Assembly (NCBI GenBank): GCA_965223005.1
Contig: CBDCVK010000010.1
Location: 896,001-960,000 of the forward strand
DNA: 64,000 nucleotides
Direction of reading: 5' to 3'
From: Terriglobia bacterium
GTDB taxonomy: Bacteria; Acidobacteriota; Terriglobia; JAJPHL01; JAPKYU01
Part shown: in pieces, positions 10,200 to 20,529 of the stretch
Position numbering within the stretch: position 1 is the first letter of the stretch
Layout of the letters: each line of letters opens with the position of its first letter
Program-made: the position numbers and the translations under genes
Notes under the pieces: model-generated
The model's input: only the letters and a program-made list of their open reading frames with translations
The model's database searches: none
What the model was told of the DNA's origin: nothing

Positions 10200-10676
10200 T
10201 CACTCGGTGGCCGCGGTCTCCTCGATCTCGGCGTCCCAGGAAATCCCAATGCCACGCTTCACGCTCTGGGCTGCGGGGCAACCTTTCTCGTGGATGCCCA
10301 CCACACGCTCCGCTTCGGCCCGCTTTCCTTCAGCCACGGTCAGGTGATAGTGCACGTGGATAGAGGTAATGAAGGGCTTGCCCTCCACGTTCTCAATCTT
10401 GCCCTCGGCGTCGGCCCACAACCCGTCCTTGGGGACCCGGATGTGGCGCGCTGCCAGCGCGCCGGCTAAGGTGCCGGTCATTCAACCGGCGACGGCGGCC
10501 ACAATGTGGTCCAGTGTGGCTGGCAGATCTTCCTCCGGCTCGAGCCCGTAAAATTTCTTGATTCCGCCGTGAACCCCGTAGTGAACCGGCTCGGGGAAGT
10601 CTTCAATGTAGGCACGACGCACCGGTCCCTTGTCCTTGTAGATGCGCGCGCGCGACGTGTGAATCAAATCTCCCAT
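10200..10676 (-). CDS. OsmC/Ohr-like protein with in-frame selenocysteine (UGA at 10482-10484)
   Basis: Two track ORFs (10482-10676 and 10200-10481) join in frame: ...LDHIVAAVAG-U-MTGTLAGAL...HEKGCPAAQSVK. The UGA occupies the first conserved OsmC Cys position and is followed by a hairpin. Confidence 0.88.
10445..10463 (-). promoter_or_regulatory. Candidate bacterial SECIS (OsmC-like gene)
   Basis: GGCGCGCT-GGC-AGCGCGCC, perfect 8-bp stem, loop 26 nt after the UGA. Confidence 0.8.
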
Positions 10677-10852
10677 CTCTCACTCCTTTCCGCTACGGGA
10701 AAGTATATACAAAAAAGTTTTCCCTCCGAAGACCCGCATGCTATGTGAGGTTCCGCAGGTGACATGCACGCAGAGTGCGTCAATGCTGGCTTGCGCGGTG
10801 CTTGACAGAAATTTTGCCGATGGCGCAGAATGCAGGCTCCTCAGAAATGTTC

Positions 10853-11776
10853 ATGGAGAAAACTGGAACCACAACCGTCTTGCTCGAAACGAAGTTCCCG
10901 GGCCTAGCTTCCTTCTCGCGGGGCAAAGTCAGGGACCTGTACGAGGCCAGCGATTCCGCGGGCAACGACGCGCTGCTGCTGGTGGCCACCGACCGCATCT
11001 CGGCCTTCGACTGCGTGCTGCCTACCGGGATTCCCGACAAGGGACGGGTTCTGACTCAACTTTCCCTGTTCTGGTTTGAGTTCCTGGCCGAAGTGGTGCC
11101 CAATCACCTGGTTACCGCCGACCCGGCGAAGTACCCGGCGGCGTTTCATCCATTTCATGAGCAACTGGAGGGCCGCTCTATGCTGGTTCGCCGGGCGCGG
11201 ATGGTTCCGGTCGAGTGCGTGGCCCGCGGCTACCTCTCCGGCTCGGGCTGGAAAGAGTACCGGCAGAGCGGGAGTGTATGCGGCATCCGGCTGCCCGCCG
11301 GGTTGCGGGAATCGGAGCGGCTGCCGGAGCCCATCTTCACTCCGGCCACCAAGGCGGAAACGGGTCATGACATAAATATTTCGATCGAGGAGATGGTGGA
11401 GCGGGTAGGCAAGCAGGCCACCGAGCGGTTGCGTGAGCTGACCCTGGAAATCTACCGCCGCGCCGCCAGCTACGCCGAGCAGCGCGGCATTCTGCTTGCC
11501 GATACCAAGTTCGAGTTCGGCTACGTGGGCGACCAGTTGGTCCTGGGGGACGAGGTGCTGACGCCAGACTCCTCCCGGTTTTGGCCGCAGGCGCAGTATC
11601 GCCCGGGCGGCGCCCAAGTCTCGTTTGACAAGCAGTACGTGCGCGACTACCTGGAGCAAATTGGCTGGAACAAGCAGCCTCCGGCGCCGCCGCTGCCGGC
11701 GGAGATCGCCGAGCGCACTGGAGCAAAATATCGGGAGGCGCTTCGACTCCTGACGGGACGTGACCTGCCGAATTGA
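10853..11776 (+). CDS. purC: Phosphoribosylaminoimidazolesuccinocarboxamide (SAICAR) synthase
   Basis: GKVRDLY, TDRISAFD, DTKFEFG, DEVLTPDSSRFW and SFDKQYVRD motifs. Exact start uncertain. Confidence 0.97.
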   Translation: MEKTGTTTVLLETKFPGLASFSRGKVRDLYEASDSAGNDALLLVATDRISAFDCVLPTGIPDKGRVLTQLSLFWFEFLAEVVPNHLVTADPAKYPAAFHPFHEQLEGRSMLVRRARMVPVECVARGYLSGSGWKEYRQSGSVCGIRLPAGLRESERLPEPIFTPATKAETGHDINISIEEMVERVGKQATERLRELTLEIYRRAASYAEQRGILLADTKFEFGYVGDQLVLGDEVLTPDSSRFWPQAQYRPGGAQVSFDKQYVRDYLEQIGWNKQPPAPPLPAEIAERTGAKYREALRLLTGRDLPN

Positions 11777-12309
11777 GCGCCTGGACCATACTGGATTCGG
11801 TGCTGGTCGGCATTGTGGTGTTCTCGGTGGCGTTCAGCGCCGTCAAGGGATTTACCCGGGAGTTGGTTTCGCTGTTGGCGCTGGCCTGGGGCTTTCTGCT
11901 GGCCTGCTGGCTCTACCCCACCGTGGCGGCACAGCTCCCCCAGGGGCGCGCACCAAACCTGGCAGCGTTGACTGCCTTCCTGGGCATTTTGCTGGTGGCG
12001 CTGATTGCCGGCGCGTTCCTCTCCCGCTGGGCGGGGAGGATGGTAGACCGAGCGGGGCTGCGCTGGTTCGACCGCGTCCTGGGTGTCAGCGTGGGCTTGG
12101 TCCGCGGCTGCTTGTTTTGCATTGTCGTGGTGGTGATCTTGACAGTCTTCGCCCCGGAGGCGCGACCGTTGGTGAGGTCGCGGCTAGCGCCGTACCTGAT
12201 TCACGGGGCACGCGTGTTGGTTTCCGTAGCTCCCTCTGAATTGCGGGACCGCTTCCACAGCGGGTGGGAGCGGGCCCAGGAAATTTGGCGAGGCCAGACG
12301 GAGCGCTGA
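11773..12309 (+). CDS. cvpA: CvpA family membrane protein
   Basis: KGFTRE and DRVLGVSVGLVRG motifs, hydrophobic helices, 4-bp overlap with purC. Confidence 0.88.
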   Translation: MSAWTILDSVLVGIVVFSVAFSAVKGFTRELVSLLALAWGFLLACWLYPTVAAQLPQGRAPNLAALTAFLGILLVALIAGAFLSRWAGRMVDRAGLRWFDRVLGVSVGLVRGCLFCIVVVVILTVFAPEARPLVRSRLAPYLIHGARVLVSVAPSELRDRFHSGWERAQEIWRGQTER

Positions 12310-12387
12310 CTTCGCTGTTGACTGCGGTCGGGTAGCAATGGACAAGGCCCGGCCGGGCAAGCTATTGACCCAGAAGGAGATCGTTCG

Positions 12388-12612
12388 GTGAAAGACCAAT
12401 TGGAATCATTAATCGGGCAATTGGTAGACCGGGGAGTCCCATTCCCGGCTGCCTTGCGGGAATTCGAAGAGAAATACATCCGTCAGGTGATGGCACACAC
12501 GCGGGGCAATCAGTCGCGTGCGGCTCGCCTGCTGGGCATGCACCGCAACACGCTCAGCCGCAAGATGGAAGCCCACCAACTGCACGGGCGAAACGGGAAC
12601 CGCTCTCGCTAA
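12388..12612 (+). CDS. Small Fis-family helix-turn-helix protein
   Basis: GNQSRAARLLGMHRNTLSRK HTH_8 motif in a 74-aa standalone protein. Confidence 0.88.
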   Translation: MKDQLESLIGQLVDRGVPFPAALREFEEKYIRQVMAHTRGNQSRAARLLGMHRNTLSRKMEAHQLHGRNGNRSR

Positions 12613-12827
12613 CGGGAAATTCGGAGCAAGATTGCCATCCGGGATACGGATCTCGGCGAAGGAAAGGGCCGGCCGGGCCGTAGCCTTACTCTATTTCAGA
12701 TTCTACGGCAGACTGGGACTCCTTGAGTGAGCCCCGGAACGAGGAGCGCCTTCGATTTCCCTTGTATGAGATGGCACTGGCGATCCCGACGCTTCTTCAG
12801 TTCGTCGCTTTGGCGGAAGGCCCCAGG

Positions 12828-14048
12828 TTACTCTTCCTCGAGGGGGGGGATTTTTCCGTCCACCATAGAAAGCACGAAGGGATCCGGCTGGAACAAGTTG
12901 GCCATACCCGTGAAGCGCACGATTTGCCCGACGGGGACCTTGCGGGTGGGCTCGGCTAAGGCCAGTTCTACGTCGTAGGCTTTAGGGTCCCTCTGGGCAG
13001 TTTCCGCCAACACGACAATGCGCACGGTGCGTGCTCGGCGAGGCCCCGTAGCGGAAATAATGCCGCCCCGAAACTCCAGCGACATGCCTTTCATTTTTTC
13101 CCAGAGTTCTTCCCCCTTGGCTTCCATTTTAAGCAGCATGTCGCGGATCTCGTCAAAGCTCAACTCTTCGGGGACTACCGGGGCGGCTGCAGCGACTTCC
13201 GCCTTGGAAAGGACTTTGAAGCCGGCGGGTGCAAACGGCTGGGCCTTGGCCTGTTGCTTTAACTGCGTGAGTCCTTCTTCGTCCGGGCCGTGGTACTGCT
13301 CGTAGATCTTCTGGAGGTAGGCATCCACCTGCTGGCGTCCCGCAGGCTGTAAGGCGCCGGCGCCATCCAGGCTGGCGGCTCGCGCAAAGGCCCAGAACGC
13401 CTCGTTGTACTTGGGGTCAGGGCGTTGGGCGATATAGGCGTTGCCTAGCCGGTAGAACAGTCCGGCGTCTTGGGGCGATAGTTCGGCTGCCCTTCGGTAC
13501 TCGGATTGAGCCTCGTCGTACTTCTTGCGTATGTCGGCAACCACACCCAGCGCCTGCCGGAAGGTCGCTTCGAAGGCATTCTTCTGTTTCTCCAAATCCT
13601 CGGCGCTGACGTTAGGCACCTGGAATGAGGATAGTTGCTTGACGCCGCGCTGGGCAAATTCCCCACCTTCGGACAGCTTCTTCTCCATCTCCGGGTCGTT
13701 CGGACCGGGCGGCCCCTGATGGAAGAAGTAACTGACCCAGAAGAGAGCACGCAGGTTGTTGGGGTTCACCTCGAGCACCTGGCGTGCGGCTGGTTCGGGG
13801 CTCTTTCCCAGCTGTTGGAGTGTGAACATCTTCAACGTCAGAGCATCTTCCTTCACCACAGTGTCCGGATATTTGGTCAGGAATTGGTCCAGCAACTGGA
13901 GTTTTGTGGCGGGAGTCTTCTCGTTCAACGACGCCATGTAATCGTTGTATTCGGCCACATTGGTAATCTGCTGGCCAGTAACCGGCGCCACGACCAACAG
14001 TGCCATCAGCAAGGTGACCCAAAGCAAGCACACATGATTCGGTTTCAT
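12828..14048 (-). CDS. Secreted TPR-containing hypothetical protein
   Basis: Signal peptide from MKPNHV, TPR-like helices, RBS upstream of ATG 14048. Confidence 0.75.
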   Translation of the reverse strand: MKPNHVCLLWVTLLMALLVVAPVTGQQITNVAEYNDYMASLNEKTPATKLQLLDQFLTKYPDTVVKEDALTLKMFTLQQLGKSPEPAARQVLEVNPNNLRALFWVSYFFHQGPPGPNDPEMEKKLSEGGEFAQRGVKQLSSFQVPNVSAEDLEKQKNAFEATFRQALGVVADIRKKYDEAQSEYRRAAELSPQDAGLFYRLGNAYIAQRPDPKYNEAFWAFARAASLDGAGALQPAGRQQVDAYLQKIYEQYHGPDEEGLTQLKQQAKAQPFAPAGFKVLSKAEVAAAAPVVPEELSFDEIRDMLLKMEAKGEELWEKMKGMSLEFRGGIISATGPRRARTVRIVVLAETAQRDPKAYDVELALAEPTRKVPVGQIVRFTGMANLFQPDPFVLSMVDGKIPPLEEE

Positions 14049-14135
14049 AGCCACTCCACTCCTGGTGATTGGATCAACATTCCCGGCGTGCTCCACCGCC
14101 GGATTATACTCGACTGCGCAACAACGTCAAACTCC

Positions 14136-14945
14136 TTACTCACCTGGACTCGCAACTCTGGACGGCTCTCGCTGGCGCTTGGCACGCCGGGCTTTGCGGG
14201 AGTGTACCAGGCGCGTTAAGTAGTGTCGGCGGTTGGCCGGCATGCGGCGGTCTGCGGTCAGGTTGGCCAAGTCGTTCCTCCGAACCTGCTCGACCAGCGC
14301 CAGCACACGTCCCAGCGAGGTGGCTGGATGCCGGATCAGCGCCAAGCGCACCTCGTAGCGAAGAGACCAGCGTGGGTGCGCGGCGATGCACTCGACCACC
14401 TCCGGTGTCAACCTCTCATTCGCCAGACTCTTCACCACGCCTTCCTCGGTCAGCCGCGAGTTCTCCAGCGCCGTGCGGAAGACTCGTCTTTTCGAATCGG
14501 CGAGCAAGGCGCAGGCGATACGAGAGGTCCCCTGGCGGGCCAGGGACAAGCGCTCGCCAACCGACAGAGCGGTGACCCGAGCCGCGACTGCTTCTTCCGC
14601 ACCCCGCCGCACCTCCATGGGCGCCCCCGGCGTGGTGGCCACCTTCAACAGGTCGAACAGGTAAAGGTGCCGCACCAGCGCCAGTGACGTGCTCCGGGGG
14701 GTGTGCGGGTGTCGAACCAGCGCCAGCTTCACCGGATACGAACGCCACAACCAGGCGCGCGCTGCCAGCTCGCCTAGAAACGTTTGGTGCAGGTTCTTCC
14801 GCGACAGCAGCACCTGCAGGTGCTCTTCGGTTAACCGCAGGTTGTCCAGCAGCACGAGCAGCACCTCTTCGGACGAGTCGTAGAGGACCGTGCTCAGCTC
14901 CTTGGCGCTCCCGCTTGCGCGTCGCAATCGCTCCTCTAGCTCCAT
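14136..14945 (-). CDS. Conserved hypothetical helical-repeat protein
   Basis: Repeated YxV(K/R)LALx(R)HPxT units. Co-oriented downstream of rseP. Confidence 0.7.
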   Translation of the reverse strand: MELEERLRRASGSAKELSTVLYDSSEEVLLVLLDNLRLTEEHLQVLLSRKNLHQTFLGELAARAWLWRSYPVKLALVRHPHTPRSTSLALVRHLYLFDLLKVATTPGAPMEVRRGAEEAVAARVTALSVGERLSLARQGTSRIACALLADSKRRVFRTALENSRLTEEGVVKSLANERLTPEVVECIAAHPRWSLRYEVRLALIRHPATSLGRVLALVEQVRRNDLANLTADRRMPANRRHYLTRLVHSRKARRAKRQREPSRVASPGE

Positions 14946-15033
14946 GCTCCATCAGGCTAGCACAACTCCAGAGTCACCTCCCCACGTGACCACGGCTGCA
15001 AGCCGTTTTCGCCTGGGTGGTCCTGCGGCATGA

Positions 15034-16380
15034 TTACGGCAGAACCTCCTCCCAGCCTTGGGGAAGTAACTTCACTATGTCGCTGTAGATCACAAAGGTC
15101 GCGAGCAGCACCAGGCACACGAATCCTACCTGCACCATCCGCTCCTTCACCGCCATGCTGAGGTCACGGCGTAGCAAGCCTTCAATAATCAGCAGCACGA
15201 TCATTCCCCCGTCCAGGATCGGAATTGGCAACAGGTTCAGAATCCCCAGGTTGAGGCTGATGGCTGCCATCAGGTTGATGAGTTGCGGGTACCCCCGGCG
15301 CGCCGCTTCCCCGGAGAGCCGCGCGATGCCAATGGGCCCCTCCAAAGTGCGCGGCGACATCTTGCCCACCAGCATCTTTCCTAATAAATCACGGATCAGC
15401 AGAACGTACTTCTTGTTCGTGGTGAGGGACTGGCTCAGCGCAGCGGGAAAGGAAAGACGACGCTCAATCAACTCGTTCTTCAGCTCGATGCCGATGCGCC
15501 ACATTTGTTTGCCGCCCGGGACCTGGGTGAACACCGGCGCCACCCGCACCGGCAGGGTGTGCCCCTGCCTTTGGATCATCAGTTCTATCGGTTGCCCCTC
15601 GCTCTCCTGCACCAAATCCGGTAGACGTGGCCAAAACTTCAGTGGCTCGCCGTTGACGGCCACCACCCGGTCCTCGGGCAGCAGTCCGGCTTTTTCGGCA
15701 GGGTAGGTCGGCTCGACGCGCTTGATGATGGCCGGAAGGTAGGGGCCCCAGCCGGCGATGCCGATGCGGTGGCGCGGCTCGACCTCCGGAGTAATCGTGG
15801 TCTTGAATATTGCTCCTTCGCGACGGGCGACGACCTCCAGCGGCTGGGCAGGACTGGAAATCGCCTCGAGTTCGACTACCTCCCAAGTGGGGTTCTCCAG
15901 CTTGCCGAGCTGAACGATCAGGTCCCCCGGTCGAAGGCCCGCTTTGTCGGCAGCAGAACCTTCCTCCACATGCCCGATTTCGGCCGGCCGCTCCTGGTAG
16001 GCTGCCTTCTGGTACTTGACCATGTACAGACCGGTCAGCAGCACGATGGCCAACACGATGTTCATCGCCGGACCCATCAGGGCGATGATGAAGCGCTGCC
16101 ACCTGGGCTTGGCCATGAACTCGCCGGGGTCGCCGGTGCGTGCCTCGCCCGGGTTTTCCCCGGCCATCTTGACGTATCCGCCAAGCGGTAGCAGGCTGAT
16201 CCGATAGTCGGTGTCGCCGCGCCGCCAACCCCACAGGCGCTTGCCGAATCCGATGGAGAACACGTCTACTCGTACTCCAAACCACTTGGCAGCCAGGAAA
16301 TGGCCCAACTCGTGGATCAGGATCATCACGCCCAGGACCAGCACCACGGCAACTACATTGGTTAAGATAATGTAGGTCAT
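15034..16380 (-). CDS. rseP: RIP metalloprotease RseP
   Basis: HELGH, PLGGYVKM, two PDZ domains, NLLPIPILDGG. Confidence 0.97.
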   Translation of the reverse strand: MTYIILTNVVAVVLVLGVMILIHELGHFLAAKWFGVRVDVFSIGFGKRLWGWRRGDTDYRISLLPLGGYVKMAGENPGEARTGDPGEFMAKPRWQRFIIALMGPAMNIVLAIVLLTGLYMVKYQKAAYQERPAEIGHVEEGSAADKAGLRPGDLIVQLGKLENPTWEVVELEAISSPAQPLEVVARREGAIFKTTITPEVEPRHRIGIAGWGPYLPAIIKRVEPTYPAEKAGLLPEDRVVAVNGEPLKFWPRLPDLVQESEGQPIELMIQRQGHTLPVRVAPVFTQVPGGKQMWRIGIELKNELIERRLSFPAALSQSLTTNKKYVLLIRDLLGKMLVGKMSPRTLEGPIGIARLSGEAARRGYPQLINLMAAISLNLGILNLLPIPILDGGMIVLLIIEGLLRRDLSMAVKERMVQVGFVCLVLLATFVIYSDIVKLLPQGWEEVLP

Positions 16381-17559
16381 TTACGCGTTGCTCCGTTGCT
16401 GGGTGGTTTGGCGCGCCACCCGCCGCGCTTCCCGGTCGCAGTCCAGAATCTGCTCCAGCGTGGTGGCCGGGCGAGGAGCCACCTGTTCCAGGGTTTGTTC
16501 GATCACGTCAGGGATGGTCAGAAAAGGAATCTGACCGCCCAGGAAGGCCTCCACCGCCACCTCGTCAGCGGCGTTGAGCACGCAGGTACCGGTTCCGCCG
16601 GCCGCCAGGGCTTGGTAGGCCAGATCCAGGCAGCGAAACCGTTGGCGGTCCGGCAACTGGAATTCCAGTTTTCCCAAAGCCTCGGGCTCCAGGTAGTGAT
16701 GATTGGCAGCCACTCTCTCCGGGTAGGTCAGGGCGTATTGAATAGGAATCCGCATATCGGTCGCGGAAAGCTGGGCCAGGATCGAGCCGTCTACGAACTC
16801 CACCAGGGAGTGCACAATCGATTGGGGATGGATCAACACATCCACCTGCTCCGGCCGGAAGCCGAACAGCCAGTGCGCTTCGATCACCTCAAAGCCTTTG
16901 TTCATTAGTGTGGCCGAATCTATGGTGACGCGGTCTCCCATGTGCCAGGTGGGGTGGCGCAACGCCTCTTCAGCCGTAACCCCCCCTAATTCGGTGTCCG
17001 GGGTGCTGCGGAACGGTCCGCCGGAGGCAGTCAGAATCAACCGGCGCACCTCTTCGCGCCGCCCTCCTCGCAAGCACTGGTGCAGGCCGTTGTGCTCGCT
17101 GTCCACCGGCAGAATCTCCATGCCGGAACGCGCGGCGGCGCCGGTCATCAGTTCCCCGGCAGCCACCAGCACCTCCTTGTTGGCCAGTGCCACGCGCTTG
17201 CCAAGACGGGCGGCCTCGTAAGTCGCCGGCAGGCCCGCCACTCCCACGGTGGCCGAAACCACAAGGTCCACTTCAGGGTCCGAAGCCACCGCAACCATGC
17301 CCGCAGGTCCGCTCAGCAACTCCGGCACCGGCACCCCCTCGTTTGTAAGACGTCGGCCGAGGGCGTCCCGATTCGCCTCTTCTTTAATGGACACCAGCCT
17401 GGGGCGGAACCGGGCGATTTGTTCTGCCAGCACTTCCAAGTTGCCGCCGGCTGTCAGCCCCTGGACCCGAAACCGGTCGGGGAAGCAGTTGACCACCTCA
17501 AGAGTGTTCCGGCCGATGGAGCCGGTGCTTCCCAGAATAGCCAGATTCCTCGGTTTCAT
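16381..17559 (-). CDS. dxr: 1-deoxy-D-xylulose-5-phosphate reductoisomerase
   Basis: LGSTGSIG, LANKE, PVDSEH, LTASGGPF and TIDSATLMNKG motifs. True start is ATG 17559 (MKPRNL); the track's 5' extension overlaps cdsA. Confidence 0.97.
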   Translation of the reverse strand: MKPRNLAILGSTGSIGRNTLEVVNCFPDRFRVQGLTAGGNLEVLAEQIARFRPRLVSIKEEANRDALGRRLTNEGVPVPELLSGPAGMVAVASDPEVDLVVSATVGVAGLPATYEAARLGKRVALANKEVLVAAGELMTGAAARSGMEILPVDSEHNGLHQCLRGGRREEVRRLILTASGGPFRSTPDTELGGVTAEEALRHPTWHMGDRVTIDSATLMNKGFEVIEAHWLFGFRPEQVDVLIHPQSIVHSLVEFVDGSILAQLSATDMRIPIQYALTYPERVAANHHYLEPEALGKLEFQLPDRQRFRCLDLAYQALAAGGTGTCVLNAADEVAVEAFLGGQIPFLTIPDVIEQTLEQVAPRPATTLEQILDCDREARRVARQTTQQRSNA

Positions 17560-18563
17560 TGCAAGGCAGCAAGCAAACGAGGGCTGCGCAGGGAAAGAAT
17601 GTACCACAAGGTGGGCACCGCAAAGAGCAGCGCGTCCACGCGATCCAGCAATCCGCCATGTCCGGGCAGGATGGTGGAGGAATCTTTGACTCCGGCGCTG
17701 CGCTTCAGCGCCGACTCGGCCAGGTCGCCCGCCTGGCCGGCCAAGTTGACCGCCACCGCCGCGGTCGCGCTCCACATGAGCGATACCCCGGCTAGCAGAT
17801 AGGCCGGGTAGAGGATGCCAAAAGCGACGCCCACGGCCAGCGAGGCCAGGGCGCCCTCCCAGGTCTTGCCTGGGCTGATTCGCGGCGACATCCGGTGCCG
17901 CCCCACCAGGCGCCCACCGAAATAGGCAGCCGTGTCGCTGATCCAGGTCAGCAACAGCACGTAGAGCACCCACTTGGGACCATCCGGCAGCCTGCGCAAA
18001 TCGGCTAGCAGTGCCATGGGCAGTCCGATGTAAAGGATGCCGAGGACGGTGGCAGCAGCGCCCGGCAGAACCTTGTCCAAAGATCGCGGCGGCCGCAGAA
18101 CCAGCGCCAACGCGAGCATCACCAGCAGGGGAACGACGGTCCCTACCCCCGGCGGCCAGAGTACCAGAGCCACTACGGCGACAAGTGAGAAAGCCCGCAA
18201 CGGCGCCTGTCCTGCTTTTTCCGCCAGGTCCAGATATTCGCGCAACGCCAGCAGAGCGACCAGGACCACCACCATCTCGAACAGCACCCGCGGCGCTGCT
18301 AACACCAATGCCAGAATGATGGGGATCAGGATTGCGGCCGTGCACACCCGCGCCCAGGTGTTACCAGAAGCATTTCCAGGTTTTGGCGTTCTGTCCACAG
18401 ACGGTCGCAAAGAAAGCGAACTGCATCCAACGTGTTGCGACAGCGGTGTTGCAACTAGGATACCCGAGTTGCCGTTTCTCGGGCGTGCTGTTCGCCAGGT
18501 TCGTGATCGGCTAATTTTCGTTCTACTCCCCGGCAGCGCCACCGGTCCCGAGCGCAGCGCCAC
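17556..18563 (-). CDS. cdsA: Phosphatidate cytidylyltransferase
   Basis: SDTAAYFGG, ISPGKTWEG and GDLAESALKR..GVKDS..ILPGHGGLLDRVD motifs. Real start is probably nearer 18400. Confidence 0.93.
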   Translation of the reverse strand: MALRSGPVALPGSRTKISRSRTWRTARPRNGNSGILVATPLSQHVGCSSLSLRPSVDRTPKPGNASGNTWARVCTAAILIPIILALVLAAPRVLFEMVVVLVALLALREYLDLAEKAGQAPLRAFSLVAVVALVLWPPGVGTVVPLLVMLALALVLRPPRSLDKVLPGAAATVLGILYIGLPMALLADLRRLPDGPKWVLYVLLLTWISDTAAYFGGRLVGRHRMSPRISPGKTWEGALASLAVGVAFGILYPAYLLAGVSLMWSATAAVAVNLAGQAGDLAESALKRSAGVKDSSTILPGHGGLLDRVDALLFAVPTLWYILSLRSPRLLAALQ

Positions 18564-18602
18564 CGCTACGCTGGGGAGGCACTTCTTCAGCCGATCACAG
18601 CA

Positions 18603-19394
18603 CTAGCCGCCAGTGGGGGAGGAGAGCCCGCCGTAACGGCGCTCGCGCCTCTGGTAGTCAATGATCGCCTGCAGCAGGTGCTTGCGCGTGAAATCGGGCC
18701 ATAGCGTGTCGGTGACCCAGATTTCCGCATAGGCGATCTGCCACAACAGGAAATTGCTGACCCGGAGTTCGCCGCTGGTGCGGACTAGCAGATCGGGGTC
18801 CGGCAGAGGATGCGTGTACAAGTGTGCAGCAATAGTTTCTTCATCCACCCGAAGTCCGTTGATCCCGTTGTGTCGCACGCGCTCCAGGATAGCGTTAAAG
18901 GCGTCCACCAGCTCCGCCCGGGCCCCGTAGTTGAGCGCCACGCTCAGCAGCGTGCCCGTGTTTTTGGCGGTTTCGGCCACTGCCTCCTGGATATCGTCCC
19001 GAACGGCTCGGGGCAACTGATGCAGGCGCCCGATGACCTGGAAACGGATATTGTTGCGCTCCATTGTAGGCAGTTCGCGCCGCAGGTATTCTCGTAACAG
19101 CTTCCACAACGTGTCCCGCTCCTGCCTGGGCCGCTTCCAGTTTTCAACCGAGAAAGCGTAGAGGGTCAGCGCTTGCAGCCCCAGGCGGGCCGAATATTCC
19201 ACTACCTCGCGGACCGCCCGCGCCCCGGCCCGATGGCCGGCCACGCGGGGCAGCCGCCGCTGCCGCGCCCAGCGGCCGTTGCCATCCATGATGATCGCCA
19301 CGTGGCGGGGCAACCGTCGGGGATCCACCTGGGCCAACAACTCTGCTTCTTCGGCGCTCTGGGGCGCCGGCCATTCGATTGTGCCTACCCGCAC
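18603..19394 (-). CDS. uppS: Undecaprenyl diphosphate synthase (isoprenyl transferase)
   Basis: HVAIIMDGNGRWA, YAFSVENWKRP and RTSGELRVSNFLLWQIAY motifs. Confidence 0.97.
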   Translation of the reverse strand: MRVGTIEWPAPQSAEEAELLAQVDPRRLPRHVAIIMDGNGRWARQRRLPRVAGHRAGARAVREVVEYSARLGLQALTLYAFSVENWKRPRQERDTLWKLLREYLRRELPTMERNNIRFQVIGRLHQLPRAVRDDIQEAVAETAKNTGTLLSVALNYGARAELVDAFNAILERVRHNGINGLRVDEETIAAHLYTHPLPDPDLLVRTSGELRVSNFLLWQIAYAEIWVTDTLWPDFTRKHLLQAIIDYQRRERRYGGLSSPTGG

Positions 19395-19640
19395 CGGTCC
19401 ACTCTCTATCGCAAAGCTAATTCCTTAGAATACCACAAACCAGGCTCCCAGCTATCTTCCACCGGCAAACATTTGCTGGCACGGGCTTAGGGCGCAAAGT
19501 CGAAAGCGCGGCCGCGACCAATGCTGGCGTCCGGGATCGCCGTTTCTCGCAGACGGCTTCACCGAAGAGAGCAGTCCACGCGGGCGAATCAGGATTGTGT
19601 TACTCTGGCCGATCCAGTCCCGCGAAGGAGTCTCTAATCT

Positions 19641-20423
19641 ATGGAGTTTAAAGGCAAAGTAGCCATTGTCACCGGAGGTGGCAGAGGAATCGGCGAGGCG
19701 ACCTGTCTCGGCTTTGCTCGGGAAGGCGCAGCCGTTGTCGTTGCTGACATTGAAGAAGTTGGGGGTCGCAAAACCGCCCAGGCGATCGAGAGCAGCGGAG
19801 GACGGGCGTTCTTCGTGAAGACCGACGTCAAGGTCTCAGCCGACGTAAAACGGATGGCTCAGCAAGCAGTCGCCCAGTTTCGGCGGATTGACGTCCTGGT
19901 CAACGTAGCCGGTATTCAGGGCGCGGTTGCCAGTGTGGTGGATCTCCCTGAGGAGGAATGGGATCGCGTCATCGCCACGAATCTCACCGGCACCTACCTC
20001 TGCTCGAAGCACTGTATTCCGGCGATGCTCCAGAACGGAGGAGGGGCCATTGTCAACGTGGCTTCCATGCAAAGCTACTTCAATGTTCCCGGGTCCTCGG
20101 CTTATGCGGCCGCGAAAGGTGGGATCGTTTCTTTGACCAGGTGCACGGCACTGGATTTCGCGGCGCGGGGTATCCGAGTTAACGCCGTAGCTCCCGGGTA
20201 CATCGATACTCCCCTCTTGCGGGGCTTTGCAGAGGCGAGCGGCGATCCGGAGGGGACCATGAAGAAGTGGAGCCGCCGCATCCCGATGCAGAGGTTGGCA
20301 AAGCCGGAAGAGGTGGTGGAGGTGATGCTGTTCCTGGCCAGCCCCAAAGCCTCCGCCGTCACGGGTGTCACTTACGCTGTGGATGGAGGCATTCTGACGG
20401 CCCAGCCAACCTGGACCGACTGA
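19641..20423 (+). CDS. SDR family NAD(P)-dependent oxidoreductase
   Basis: TGGGRGIG, NVAG, YAAAK and NAVAPG motifs. Confidence 0.95.
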   Translation: MEFKGKVAIVTGGGRGIGEATCLGFAREGAAVVVADIEEVGGRKTAQAIESSGGRAFFVKTDVKVSADVKRMAQQAVAQFRRIDVLVNVAGIQGAVASVVDLPEEEWDRVIATNLTGTYLCSKHCIPAMLQNGGGAIVNVASMQSYFNVPGSSAYAAAKGGIVSLTRCTALDFAARGIRVNAVAPGYIDTPLLRGFAEASGDPEGTMKKWSRRIPMQRLAKPEEVVEVMLFLASPKASAVTGVTYAVDGGILTAQPTWTD

Positions 20424-20529
20424 GATTCTAGAAACAGTTGCCCAACGTGCCGGACTGACCACCCGCTGCGGCGATGCCCGCTGCGGCGATATAGGGGCTG
20501 CTGCTAGGGGACGAGGCAAGAGGACGAGG

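Noticed and set aside
17560-18345. Apparent 260-aa N-terminal extension of Dxr (654-aa ORF)
   Set aside because: Alternative frame overlapping cdsA. Dxr homology begins at ATG 17559.
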